Shown piece by piece: positions 11,801 to 24,866 of a DNA stretch of 64,000 nucleotides. A program made the translations under genes and the position numbers. The DNA comes from Eledone cirrhosa (lineage: Eukaryota). The first letter of the stretch is position 1, and every line of letters begins with the position of its first letter. The DNA is taken from NCBI GenBank assembly GCA_964016885.1, contig OZ024744.1, forward strand, positions 49,104,001-49,168,000, read 5' to 3'. A model generated the notes under the pieces. The model saw nothing but the letters and a program-made list of their open reading frames with translations. It was not told where the DNA came from and did no database searches.

Positions 11801-14430
11801 AAAAATCCTAGACTGCGTTATACCAAAAGTTAAGCAAAACACAAGACTTAGCCTATGGGTCAACACCCAGGAAGTAATCTCATGGTTCAGCAATATGGAG
11901 GACAAACGAGACACAAAATTCATCCAGTTTGATATAGAGAGTTACTATGCATCAATTACCTTACCGCTCCTTACGGCCACCTTGGACTTTGCCGAAACAC
12001 TCACGCCCATCACCGACCAGGAAAGAAATATCATCCCCCATGCCAGGAAGACAGTCCTACTTTTCGACAACTCCAAATGGATAAAGAGAGCTCCTGACTC
12101 CCCCTTCGACATCAGTATGGGCGCGACGGATTCGACTGAGGTCACAGATCTTATAGGATTATTCCTACTATTTAAACTCACCGGAATGTTTCCTGCATTC
12201 AGCGGTGGATTGTACCGTGATGATGGGCTCCTTACCCTCAAAGAGTACAACTCCAGTAGTACAGACTGGGTCAGTAAACAATTAATCAGCTTCTTCCGCG
12301 ACTGGGGATTTAAAATAACCCTACAAACATCTCTAACCCGAGTAAACTTCCTGGACGATAATGATCCTCGATAATGATCTGTACTACCCATACAGGAAAC
12401 CAAACGACAACCTGCATTACATCCACCCCCAGTTGAACCATCCTAGAAACATCACCAATAACCTGGTTAAAAACATCTCCCTCCGCATATCTTGTTTGTC
12501 CACTAATGAGCAGATATTCGACGAACACGCGCCTTATTACAACCAGGCCCTCAAGCGGAGTGGCTTCCGGGAGGAAATATCCTATTATCCAGCTTCCATT
12601 AGCCGAACCAGCAGGCGACACCGCCGCTCATGCAACGTAACGTGGTTCAATCCTCCCCACAATGCCGAGGTGTCAACACCTATCGGGAAAATCTTCTTTA
12701 GGCTCATCGAAAAACACTTCCCACTACAACACTGCTACCACAAGATAATCAACAAAAACACCATCAAACTCTCCTACAGCACCACACCTAACTTCGCACA
12801 AAACATTGTCTCCTCTAACAACAAAAAACTCAACCCCTATGGAAGAAATAACCTAGACAGCAGTGGAGAGCCGACCAGGAGGTGTAACTGTCCTGATAGA
12901 TCCCTTTGCCCCCTCAACAACAGATGCCGAGATCGTAATGTGATCTACCAGTGCAACGTGAGGACGGACACCTCCAACAAAGCTTATATAGGATTAACTG
13001 CTTGTGACTTCAAGACCCGGCTCTACCTACACCGACATACTTTCCGAAACCCGGCTCGGCGTCATGCCACTACACTTTCGGGCCACATCTGGGACCTCAA
13101 AGATAATATAACCTACAATCTCACTTGGAGCTTACTGTCCAAAGCTAACTCTTACACGGGAGGACGCCGTCCATGTAACTTATGCTCAGAGGAAACATTA
13201 CAAATGCTGTTTTCGAAGGACCAACCCCTAAACAAGAAAGATGAACTGGTAACTGCATGCAAAGACAGATTGCGTAGGACTTACCTCGCCCTCAAACCCC
13301 ATAATGACCGGGGGGGGGTTACAAGGACTGAAACACCCCACTTGCCGATTTTGTCAGGGGTTACCCCTGCTTACAAAGGTAGACGTACATCTTTTATCTT
13401 TTCCTTCTTCCCCCATCTCTTCCTAGTCTTTCCACCCCAGATGTCCTTCCTTGTCTTTTTTTCACCTTTTCGCCTACCCTGATGCAGCCCATCGGTCCTC
13501 TGTAGCTTCAGTACCCCACCCCCTAATTTTAAGATAGAATTGGCCGATTACGCCTTTTACAGCAGATGTGTTAGACCCCAGTAAATTGTTTTATTTCTGC
13601 TCCATTTCTGTGATTTCTAAATTTCTTAGTGGTATTTTTGTATTAGTATCCTTGTATTAGTATTTCTGTATTAGTATTCTGAATTAATATTTTGTATTAG
13701 TATTTTTGTAGTAGTAATTTAGTATTTTTGTTTTTAACCTGTCATTGTAAGATAGCATTGGCTGATTACTACTAACTATAGCAGTGGTGTTAGACCCCCG
13801 TAAAGCCGGCTTTATAAAATTCTTTCACTACAATCTCGTATTTAGTATTTTTCTCCACCTATTAAACTTTTCTATAGCTTAGCAATACCAATGATAGATT
13901 TGGTGATTGTGGGGATGGAGTAGTAACCAGAAATTGTTTTTTATATATTTATTTCCTTATTTTTATAATGGTTTTGTTGTTTACTCCCTTTTGATTTACC
14001 TATTCTTTCAACTCCCCTCCCCCTTCTCCAGTACACTTTTCTGGATCTTCTATACACTATCCTTAGAATCTTCTGTATAGATTTCACTTTCAACGCTTGA
14101 CTGGGTTTCCCCCACTCCCTCTTTGTTCTACAGCAAGTTCAGCTACCCATACCTCCCACCAAATACCGTGATAGAATAATCTGTCTTTACAACAAATTTT
14201 TTTTACCAATCCTTTTGACAATTACTATCTTCCCATATAAGGAATTACCCCCTGAGAAGTTTGGCTATTTATTTACCAGGCTAAAAATTCTTATTTAGTC
14301 CAGAATTAGCCGTCGAAACGGCTTGAGCTCTGCCGTCGGGGTCCTACTTGTTCCTATTACCCACTCTACTACCCTAAGTATTGAATACTCTGGTGCGTTA
14401 TGGTCCATCTGGTTCCTCACCACATTTCCT
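11801..14430 (+). mobile_element. Penelope-like retroelement (Naiad-type motifs), 5'-truncated RT + GIY-YIG + long 3' repeat
   Basis: FDIESYYASI, FDISMGATDS, LYRDDGL, YRKPN, WFNPP, CNC..CPL..C, NVIY..AYIG, CNLC; frameshift near 12360. Confidence 0.92.
14247..14342 (+). ncRNA. Type I hammerhead ribozyme with extended stem II (core variant CUGAGAA)
   Basis: ACCCC-CTGAGAA-G..GGCTA...TAGCC..C-GAAA-CGGC(loop)GCCG-TC-GGGGT; GUC cleavage triplet at 14335-14337. Confidence 0.75.
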
Positions 14431-14444
14431 TCGTTATATATATA

Positions 14445-16441
14445 TACCCTTAAAGATCATAAACCCGACTTTATTAATCGCCCTAGTTGTAGATTAATCA
14501 ACCCTGCTAAGACTGATATTGGTCTTGCCAGTAAAAAATTTTAAATAAATTAAATACACACATTAGAAGTAAGTCTAAATTACTCCAATGGATAAATAGC
14601 TCTTCCGTAGTACATTGGTTTAATAATATTAAAAACAAAATCAGTTCTAGATTCACCCAATTCGATATCGTAGATTTCTACCCATCTATTACTCAGACCC
14701 TTTTAGTGAAAGCTTTAAATTTCGCTAGAGGGTTCACTAATATCTCCGATACTGAAGAGGATGTAATCTTGCATGCTAGGGACACTCTACTTTTTAATGA
14801 TAATGACACTTGGGTAAAAATATCTAACCCAGAGAACCCATTCGATGTCTCAATGGGCTCTTATGACAGTGCCGAGGTTTGTGATCTGGTCGGCCTATTC
14901 CTCTTACATACACTTAAAGAAAAATTTTCTAACCATATTTTTGGGCTTTATCGCGATGATGGTCTAATACTTTCCCATACCACCATAGGCCATAACTTAG
15001 ATAGATTAAGGAAAGACTTAATAAAAACCTTTGCTAGTTTTAATCTTAAAATTACTATTGATACTAACCTTTCCAACGTAGATATAAACTTAGATTTGCC
15101 TACTGCTTCTTATAAACCATACCATAAACCTAATGAAAACTTAAAATATATAAATAAAGGATCTTGCCATCCACCTATAGTTTTTAAAAACCTTATCCCT
15201 AATATTAGCCGTAGGATCTCCACCCTCTCTTCATCAGAAGCTATTTTCAATAAGGCATCCCCCTACTATAATAAAGCCCTCCAAAATAGCGGCTTTAGCG
15301 AACCGATTAAATACATACCTAACTACACTAACTCTATTAAACATAAAAATAGGAAAAGAAAAATAATCTGGTTCACACCCCCCTACTCTCTAGCAGTTAA
15401 AACTAATGTAGGCAAACAATTCCTAGAACTCCTAGATAAACATTTCCCTAGAACACATAGATACTATAAGATCTTTAACAGAAACTGTGTTAAAATTAGC
15501 TATTCCTGCGGTCCCCCTATTAAGTCCTATATCCTCAACAAAACATCACCTAGAGAAAATCAAACTTGCTCCTGTAGAATCAAAAGTGAATGCCCATTAC
15601 AAGGTAAATGCAACACCAAAGCCATTGTATACGCGGCTAATGTGACAACTATCAGCAACAACCATCCAGTCACCAGTGAACGATATGTGGGTATGACGCA
15701 AGACAAATTCAAAACGCGTTATTACTCACATGTCGCATCCTTTCGACATCCAGAAAAAAGATTTACAACAGCTCTGGCTAGCAGAATCTGGGATTTGAAA
15801 GACCAAGGCATCCAATATAAACTAGATTGGTCAATTTTGAACCAATCTAAAAAATATGCTAGAGGAACAAGAAAATGCACGCTCTGCATAAATGAAAAAT
15901 TTTGGATATAGCAAAATCTCAAATCACCAAAGACCTGCCTGAACACAAAGACGGAAATTTTTACCAGTTGCCCACATATGAAATCACACCTGCTTTCCAG
16001 CTCATATAAACTTAACACACTTTCAGACACTTATCCTCCATAAACTCTGATTATTCTCTTTTTAATTACCCTTTCTGACTTACTTTCATTCTTATCCTTG
16101 TCAATAATTTCATTTATTTTCACTTTTATTTATTTTTTTATTTATTTTTACTCTCCCCCCCCCCTTTATTCTCCGATCCACTTCCTATTTTCTATTTTTT
16201 ACTTCCCCTTCTTTTACTTCCCCTTTTCCTCTACTAACTGATTATACTTGTCTTTTGTGTTTTTCAATCCAGATATATTTTTTCATTTTTATTTTTATTT
16301 TATTTTTGCGCAGCCTATCCTACAATTTTATATTTGTATTTATTTATCCACATTTCAATATGGCTGAACGCCTTAATGTGTGTATACTTTTTTTATATAT
16401 GTACATGAGTGACTACGTATGTGCGCGCGCGTGCGTGCATG

Positions 16442-16530
<89 letters not shown>

Positions 16531-17410
16531 GTGTATGTATGCGTGTGTGTACTGGTGTTTGTGTGTGTGTGTGTGTATTATGCGTATGTGTAAGTGTCTT
16601 TATATCCGTGTTTTTGACATTTCGGTTTTATATTTTTTTGTTTCTTTTTTCTTCTCCCCCCCACCCCCTTCCCTCTTTTGTTACTTACCCAGTTTCATAC
16701 ATGGGCATGCAAACAGGTTTATATGCGCGAGTATAAGTATGTGTGTGTGTGTGTGTGTATGTACGTATCGAACGTATGGAAGTGTAAGTGCGCGTGTGTA
16801 TATAAGCATAATTATTTTTACATTTCTTTTGTGAGACACGCGTGTCTGTGTATGTATGTACCCCCGGTTTTTTTGTTTTCTTTAATTTTTTCTTTCTATC
16901 TTGTCTTTCTAATTTATCGTTACTATATTTTTATAAATATATCGTAATAGATACTTTTCTTTTATTTATTATACTCTCTTTATCTCCTTTCTTTCCGCAT
17001 CTAAGTGTACGAGTGTCCAGGCGTTTTTATGCGCGCGACTTTATTTTCTTATTTTTATGAAGTAACCATTTCCGTCTGTATAATACAGACATATAGATAC
17101 ATTTGCCCTAAATTTTTATAATTACGCACACTTTCTAACCATACATTTACACGTGCACATATACATATATGCACATCTATGAGCGTATATACATACACAT
17201 ACACACACCTAACTATTTTTCTTGATAGATTTTTATATATTTCAATTTCTATTTCATTTATCTATATATTTTTTTTGATTTTCTTGATGTGTTTTTCTAA
17301 GTATTTGCCCATGTTTTATATTGCCTCGTCTGACGAACGAATGAAGTCGTTTATTTCGTATTCACCTCATTCGGGAAACCTCTGGTAATGAGGTAATTAT
17401 ATTGTATTGA
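14445..17410 (+). mobile_element. Second Penelope-like (Naiad-type) element, 5'-truncated, directly behind the first
   Basis: [71 protein letters not shown]; separated from upstream element by a short (TA)n. Confidence 0.93.
17321..17396 (+). ncRNA. Type I hammerhead ribozyme, canonical core
   Basis: TTGCCTCGT-CTGACGA-A-CGAATGA...TCATTCG-G-GAAA-CC TCT GG-TA-ATGAGGTAA; 9-bp stem I, GUA triplet at 17385-17387. Confidence 0.85.
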
Positions 17411-17806
17411 TTTTATACATTATATATATATATATATATATATATATAAGTAAATAATCGAGAATCAGAATCGCGGCCCACGAAATAATGATAAACAATC
17501 TTCGACATGTGTGGCAGAGGGCTCAATAGTTTGGATAAACCAGAGCTATAACTATTGTTAAAATACCAACACATAGAGACGATGCCTAAAATCATTCGCA
17601 CAGCCGAAAAAAACGACCACGAAAATTCGGGTCACTCAAATATATATATATTGTTATACTTTGGGAGGGCCATGTTGCCAATAAGAAACACAAGCACCAG
17701 TTGCTTTCACTTCAATTTAATTTATTATATATTTATAAATTTACAAATTTATAAATTTCTGGTTGGTTGGTTGGTTCCACAACCAGATAGTTGTTTATAT
17801 ATATAT

Positions 17807-17851
17807 AGTCATAGTTCTTTCGTCACACACTCTGTGACCTCTTCAGTGACT
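17807..17851 (-). ncRNA. Minimal hammerhead ribozyme (mirror of 19348-19392)
   Basis: Reverse complement of AGTCA-CTGAAGA-G-GTCACA..TGTGAC-GAAA-GAAC-TA-TGACT. Confidence 0.82.
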
Positions 17852-19347
17852 GGGGATTTCTTTCTTCGTTTCTGTGCCTTTCCTTTCTTCTATCCTACGC
17901 CATTTTGTTTGTGTGTGGGTTGCGTGCCCCGTTTGCGCATGCGCCACATCCGGGTGTCTGTGTGTGTTTGTGTTCATTTTTCTATTTTTCTATTTATATT
18001 TTTCTATTTGTTTGTTTATTTATTTATTTATTGTTGGTTGGTTGTTTGTTCTATGTGTGTGTGTGCTTTCATTTTGTCTTATGTGTGTTTTCATTTTGTG
18101 TGTGTTTTCAATTGTAAGTTGTTTGTTCTATGTGTGTGTGTGTTTTCATTTTGTCCTTAATTGTAAGTTGTGATGTTGCTGTTCCACTCATATTTTCTAT
18201 TTAATTTTGGTTTTAATTCTTTTATGCTTACTGCCTCTGTAATTTGCCTAAACATTGCGTCTTTCTTGTGTGTGGATTCTATTTTTATTTCTATGCTCTC
18301 TAATTTACCCCTGTGTTCTATCTTAGCATGTTGGTAGAGCACAGATGATTCTTTATTATCTTGGAGGTCTCGCCAGTGTTCATTTATTCGTTCCCCTATA
18401 CTACGAGCTGTCTCACCTATGTACACTATATTTTTGTTTCTACATTGTCCTTCAGTACATCTTATGCTATATACTACATTTCTAGTTTTACAGTTAATAT
18501 GGGGGCTTATTTGACAGGTTATACATTTCTTATCTATACATGAGGGTCTTTGGAACGGGTATGTCTTGCTAATAAGTGTTTTTACGGAGGTACCAGGTCT
18601 GGTACCTACCTCCGTAAAAACACTTATTAGCAAGACATACCCGTTCCAAAGACCCTCATGTATAGATAAGAAATGTATAACCTGTAAAATAAGCCCCCAT
18701 ATTAACTGTAAAACTAGAAATGTAGTATATAGCATAAGATGTACTGAAGGACAATGTAGAAACAAAAATATAGTGTACATAGGTGAGACAGCTCGTAGTA
18801 TAGGGGAACGAATAAATGAACACTGGCGAGACCTCCAAGATAATAAAGAATCATCTGTGCTCTACCAACATGCTAAGATAGAACACAGGGGTAAATTAGA
18901 GAGCATAGAAATAAAAATAGAATCCACACACAAGAAAGACGCAATGTTTAGGCAAATTACAGAGGCAGTAAGCATAAAAGAATTAAAACCAAAATTAAAT
19001 AGAAAATATGAGTGGAACAGCAACATCACAACTTACAATTAAGGACAAAATGAAAACACACACACACATAGAACAAACAACTTACAATTGAAAACACACA
19101 CAAAATGAAAACACACATAAGACAAAATGAAAGCACACACACACATAGAACAAACAACCAACCAACAATAAATAAATAAATAAACAAACAAATAGAAAAA
19201 TATAAATAGAAAAATAGAAAAATGAACACAAACACACACAGACACCCGGATGTGGCGCATGCGCAAACGGGGCACGCAACCCACACACAAACAAAATGGC
19301 GTAGGATAGAAGAAAGGAAAGGCACAGAAACGAAGAAAGAAATCCCC

Positions 19348-19392
19348 AGTCACTGAAGAGGTCACAGAGTGTGTGACGAAAGAACTATGACT
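19348..19392 (+). ncRNA. Minimal hammerhead ribozyme
   Basis: AGTCA-CTGAAGA-G-GTCACA GAGTG TGTGAC-GAAA-GAAC-TA-TGACT; stem I AGTCA/TGACT. Confidence 0.82.
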
Positions 19393-19605
19393 ATATATAT
19401 ATAAACAACTATCTGGTTGTGGAACCAACCAACCAACCAGAAATTTATAAATTTGTAAATTTATAAATATATAATAAATTAAATTGAAGTGAAAGCAACT
19501 GGTGCGTGTGTTTCTTATTGGCAACATGGCCCTCCCAAAGTATAACAATATCGGTTTCAACACACGATTTCCGATAAAGAATCTTGCTAAACAAATTCAG
19601 AAACG

Positions 19606-19645
<40 letters not shown>

Positions 19646-19690
19646 AAGTTAAATAAAAAGTCAAATATTTAAAATTTAGCTTCGTTTATT

Positions 19691-19745
19691 ACTGATATAT
19701 ATATTTCAGTGACAGCCATCTTTGGCTGTGACCTCTTCAGGCAGT
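19691..19745 (-). ncRNA. Minimal hammerhead, same design as 7646-7699, in a Penelope remnant (~19640-20010)
   Basis: Minus strand ACTGC-CTGAAGA-G..ACAGCCA AAGA TGGCTGT..-GAAA-TATATATA-TCAGT; one stem I mismatch. Confidence 0.7.
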
Positions 19746-20007
19746 TTGAATTAGTATGGTATAGACAAGTACATATGTTGTTGAGGTGTATAATATTGTC
19801 AATACTCTGATATGCCCAGTTCCTGGTTGGGTTGTTATTTCACTGAGGAACTGGAATCATATGAATTCAAACAAACGAATTTCAGTGTCAAAGGGCCTCT
19901 TCTCCTCTCATTGGTCAGTTATTAGAACATTCCTCATTCTAAATGTTGTTATTGTTGGAGTTAGCTTTAAAAAATTGATAAAATGGTAGAAGGGACAAGG
20001 TGTTAAA

Positions 20008-20042
<35 letters not shown>

Positions 20043-20134
20043 ATATACTATAGTGAATAAACTAATGGAACTGGCATATACCTTCCTAGGTACTAAGAGT
20101 TTCCTGAAATAAGCTGATGTTATACATATATATA

Positions 20135-21340
20135 ATGTTCATTTTTCTCACTTGCATGGATTAGACAGGTTGTCATGCTAGGAAACAAGTCGGGTTTGGA
20201 GACAATGTCATGCTCATATGGAACTGCAGTTCGGCTTGGTTTCTATGGCTGGATGCCTCTCATAATGCCAGCCACATTATAGCGTGGATTGGGTGCTTAT
20301 TATCATGGCACCAAACCAACCATATTACAGAGTCGACTGGGTGCTTTTTGTGGTGTAACCAACATGACCACTTTACAGGGTGAACTATGAGCTTTTTCTC
20401 ATGTCATGAACACAACCACGTTATAGGGTGGACTGGGTGCTTTTGTTGTAACACCGGATCAGTATATAGGCTTAGCTTTATGCTTTTTGTCATGGCAAAA
20501 GTAGTGTGGGAGATCAGATTTCAAACCTGTTCAGATTTCAGATTTGTATGCATGGGATGGGCTTTGGAGGCGGGACAGGTAAGCAAGTTTGACATGGACT
20601 AAGTATGTGGAATATTGAGTATGTGAAGGTGGGGTAATATGACTTGGAAGGGTTGGAGAGAAGATTGGTGCAGACTAGTGTGTCCTCTACATGTTTGTTT
20701 CAATTCATTTTGTGCACATGGGAAGGCAGGTCTTCAGCAATACAGCATGATGCCAGAGACCCTGTGTCATCTCCTATGTGAGGTTTAATCGGTTTATCAC
20801 CTAATCCCATGTCTTCCTACTCCATAGCTTCCATTAACTTTGAGTGCCCTGCACCTTTTTGTACAGCTGTCATCCTTCATATGTACCACATGGCCATACC
20901 AATGCTAGCTTACAGCATCTGGTACCTCTTATACCCAGTTTCCCTTTCAGTTCATTTATGCTTTGTCATTCATGAATATTACTATTACACATCTATCAAA
21001 GCATGTCAGCCCAGGTCTCACTACTATGTAACATTGCTGTTTGTATACATACGCCATTCAATCTGCCTTTCAATTTGAGGAAAAATCCTTTTGTAGCTAG
21101 CAGCTGTAGTAGTTCCCTAAATTTTTCCATCTCGTTCTTACTCTGGCATCTGTACTTTCAGAACACGCTCCTCCACTGTTAATTTGTCACCCAGGTAACA
21201 GAAATTATTGACGACATCTATGGAGCCTTCTGGGCATTTAAAGAAGCTTGTTTGCTGTGAGCTCCTACTACTTACTGCTCTTGTACATCAACCATAAACA
21301 AAACCTAGATTCTTTACTAATTCCTCCAGTCAATGCTCAG
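20135..21340 (-). mobile_element. Degenerate RTE-derived non-autonomous element (~20135-20600) and RTE 3' fragment (~20690-21340)
   Basis: TTTCTATGGCTGGATGCC motif and tandem GTGGACTGGGTGCTTT subrepeats; minus strand resembles the 10450-11040 RTE end (GTATGGCCATGTGG, TACCTGGGTGACAAATT). Confidence 0.6.
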
Positions 21341-21360
21341 ATAGTAATATTTAGACATAT

Positions 21361-21700
21361 CATCATCATCATCGTTTAACATCCACTTTCCCTGCTAGCA
21401 AGGGTTGGACTAGATGGGCCAAGTCAGTACTGAAGAGGGGTCACTGATCTCCCAGACAGGCCAGGGATATGCATCTCAGTTATATATGGTATCATGGTCT
21501 ACCAAGTGAACCAACACCAGAAAGGTTGTCATGTCTTTGACACAGCTGAAGTGTCCACTCAACCCTTTGTTTGACAAGCATTCTACGGCTGGATGCCCTT
21601 CCTATCACCAACCATTTTACAGTGGTGCATTTATTTTACTAGGTGCATTTATTATGTAGATCACCAATACTAGGAAGGCTCTCGTGTCCTTGACAAATCT
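21361..21700 (-). mobile_element. RTE-derived non-autonomous element / SINE
   Basis: (CAT)n + CGTTTAACATCCACTTTCCCTGCTAGCAAGGG tail and TTCTACGGCTGGATGCCCTTCCTA core. Confidence 0.75.
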
Positions 21701-21707
21701 CTATATA

Positions 21708-24335
21708 TTAATAATTGTTTCTACTTTAGGCACAAGGCCAGCAGTTTGAAGGGAAGGGGGAAATCGATTAAATCGACCCCAGTGTGTAACTGGTACTTTA
21801 TTTTATCGATCCTGTAGCGGTTGTCTCCCTTGTTTTGATTAGGATCTAGACGGGAAGTGGAACCCTTTCTGCAACTTCCGGTCAGAGCCCTATAAAACTA
21901 ACAACTTTAAGCTTCCTTTCTCTCATTGCCTTTTCGACACCTGGTCAAGAGCCTCTCATTGGGCTCCGCCATTAATTTGGCCAACAGGCGCCTGGCCTTA
22001 GCCAGGCGTCCTCTGCCAGCCACCATTGCCTGGCAATCAAAACGGTAACTACTAATTTTGTTTCATTCTAACATCTATCTTTGACATGTCAAGTATACTA
22101 TCACCAATATATATGTTTCTCGTTTCTTACAACGAACACTTTCAAAACAAACAAAAAAAAACAAAACATTTCACGATATATATATATGTTTCTCGTTTCT
22201 TACAACGAACTCTTTCAAAACACAAAAAAAAAAAGAAATTTGCTATTCTTTAAAAAACATTTCAACAGGAACATTTATTTTCGATGAACCATTGCCTTTT
22301 TGTTCATCGTTTTCTTCATCGTTCAAGTTTCTTGTTTTTTTCCAAAGTTCACACCAATAATTATGCTGAGTGAAGCCTTTCTTTTTCATCATTGTCACTT
22401 TCAAAATTGCACTATCATTTTCTCGCGCGTTAGAAATATTATTTTTTTCAACCTTGTATTGGCACGTGTAGGCAGCACAAATTCTCAATTCACAGAGATG
22501 TCTCTACTCACAGACAGCCGCACGCCAGAGATAACATTTCTCACCAGGGATTCTTCAGCCTTAAGCTATATTCTTCTATTTGCCGGTTTATAAATTTACA
22601 ATGTAAATTTACCGTTGATAACCGCGCATTTATTAAGAATGCTTATTTCTCTGGTCGCTGGCCTCTTGACCCTTCCAGGTCAACGCATTCTCAACATCGA
22701 CCATCAACTTCGGCTGCTATTTCTAGCACTTTGCGCAACTCATTTTTTCTAAAAAAATTTTTTTTACTGTGAATTTAAACACCGAATACGCTCACTCAGC
22801 GAGACAACAGCAGCAGCAACAGCAATATAACAGCAACAGCAATACATCAATACAGCTTCACCAAAGCCAGAGAATTCATTTTTGCAGCACTCTTCCTGTG
22901 AGAAAATACATTCGGAGGTTGGAAATTTCACGATATACCACTGAACAGAAACCACCTGCATTCATTCTCTGGAACACACTTTCTTTCCTGCTGTCATGTG
23001 ATTGCACACCTGTGAACTATATTTTGAACTTTGAGCTCTTCTATTACTTTTACTTTATTACATTGTATCTTTGGGTGATGGATAGATGGATGTCCAGTCG
23101 TTCTCTGGCCAAGAGCGGTTGGCTACCTTGATATCTATCATTGATTTTTCCAAACATTCTTTTGTCGTAATTTTCATGCCTGTTACATTCTCGCCAACTT
23201 GCTACATATTTTCATTTCGATTTTTATACACTAAAATTCTGGCGGGAGGTTATGTAGCGGTTGTCTCCCTTGTTTTGATTAGGATCTAGACGGGAAGTGG
23301 AACTCTTTCTGCAACTTCCGGTCAGAGCCCTATAAAACTAACAACTTTAAGCTTCCTTTCTCTCATTGCCTTTTCGGCACCTGGTCAAGAGCCTCTCATT
23401 GGGCTCCGCCATTAATTTGGCCAACAGGCGCCTGGCCTTAGCCAGGCGTCCTCTGCCAGCCACCATTGCCTGGCAATCAAAACGGTAACTACTAATTTTG
23501 TTTCATTCTAACATCTATCTTTGACATGTCAAGTATACTATCTACCATTGTTAATTAAATATTATACACACAAACCATGTCTCGTTTTGTTACATTCACC
23601 AACAACCAGTAATCTCGCTATAATCCCATAAGGATGAAAGGCAAAGTTAACTTTGACCGGATTTGAACTCAGACCGTAAAGGGCCATAACTCTATGCTGC
23701 AAAGCATGCTGTCTGACGCTCTACCAATACTGCCAATCCACAGTCCTATATATAAATAATTGTTTCTACTTTTGGCACAAGGCCAGAAATTAACCAGTAC
23801 ATTACTGGTACTTTATTTTATCGACCCCGTAAGTTAACCTTGACGGGATTTGAACTCAGACCGTAAAGGGACATAACTATACTAGAAAGCATAGTGTCCA
23901 ACCCTCTACCGATACTGCCAATTCACCACCCTATATATTAATAATTGTTTCTACTATTAGCAAAAGGCCAGCAATTACCCAGTGTATTACTGGTACTTTA
24001 TTTTTATCGACCCCGTAAGGATGAAAGGCAAAGTCAACCTCGGTGGGATTTGAACTCAGAATGGCAAGGGCCGTAACTCTATGCGTCAAAGCATGGTGTC
24101 CGACCCTCTACCGATACTGCCAATTCACCACCCTATATATTAATAATTGTTTCTACTTTAGGCACAAGGACAGCAATTATCCAGTACATTACTGGTACTT
24201 TATTTTATCGACCCCGTAAGGATGAAAGGCAAAGTTAACCTTAGCGGGATTTGAACTCAGACCGTAAAGGAACGTAACTATGCTAGAAACCATGGCGTCC
24301 AACCCGCTACCGATACTGCCAATTCACCACCTTAT
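21708..24335 (-). mobile_element. Four head-to-tail tRNA-headed SINE copies (first interrupted by the LTR element)
   Basis: Unit AATAATTGTTTCTACTTTAGGCACAAGGCC...TTATCGACCCCGTAAGGATGAAAGGC...GGATTTGAACTCAGA...TACTGCCAATTCACCACC at ~21708/23755/23938/24141; minus strand has A-box TGGCAGTATCGG and B-box GAGTTCAAATCC. Confidence 0.88.
21813..23622 (+). mobile_element. Non-autonomous LTR retroelement (LTRs 21813-~22200 and 23253-23622) inserted in a SINE
   Basis: ~290-bp near-identical direct repeats; termini TGTAGCG...CGCTATA; 4-bp TSD ATCC (21809-21812, 23623-23626); purine-rich GGCGGGAGGTTA before 3' LTR; TATAAAA and ATTAAA in LTR; no gag/pol. Confidence 0.85.
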
Positions 24336-24804
24336 ATTATTACCCTATATATTAAGTAGGTCACTTGCCATTTCCTTTTGTCATATATATTTCTAGTTGA
24401 AACGTGTAAGATAAATAAAGCATTTCAGATGTTTTCATCTTACTTATCTATTTATTATCATTAATGTGTTATATATATATATATCTGCATTCATTCAATA
24501 CATCAGATTTGTTACGTCAAAGTTTAATTTCTTAAACACTATAGATTATACTTCTTTACTTATTGTCAAGCCACATTGAGCTTGAAAATTTGTTGCCATA
24601 AGTCTCTGTATCTGAACTTTTAACTGTGTGTGTGTGTGTCTGCGCGCACGTGTGTGTATGTGTGTGTGAGTGTGGCAGCATGTTAAAACAGATTTTTGCA
24701 GGTATGCAACAATAAATGCCACTAGCTGGTTACATAGTTTGCTAAAATGAACACCCAAATATCCCTAAAATCCCATCATATCTTGAAAGGATTTAGTTGA
24801 TCTA

Positions 24805-24866
<62 letters not shown>

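Larger units (their letters stand above)
17648..19610. mobile_element. 1.9-kb near-perfect palindrome of a Penelope-like 3' end (GIY-YIG + terminal repeat)
   Basis: Arms 17648-18592 and 18607-19551 are reverse complements; mirror ORFs 18157-18780(-) and 18566-19042(+) with NVVYSIRC..VYIGETAR. Confidence 0.97.

Noticed and set aside
11801-16030. Selenocysteine (in-frame UGA) in Naiad-type ORFs, reported for some of that clade
   Set aside because: The conserved Cys positions are TGT/TGC here and I could not identify a convincing SECIS; a SECIS search of family consensus would settle it.
16255-18173. Hydrophobic YIYI/CVCV ORFs here and at 3544, 5766, 6858, 37704, 40658 etc.
   Set aside because: Translations of microsatellites and low-complexity terminal repeats, not genes.
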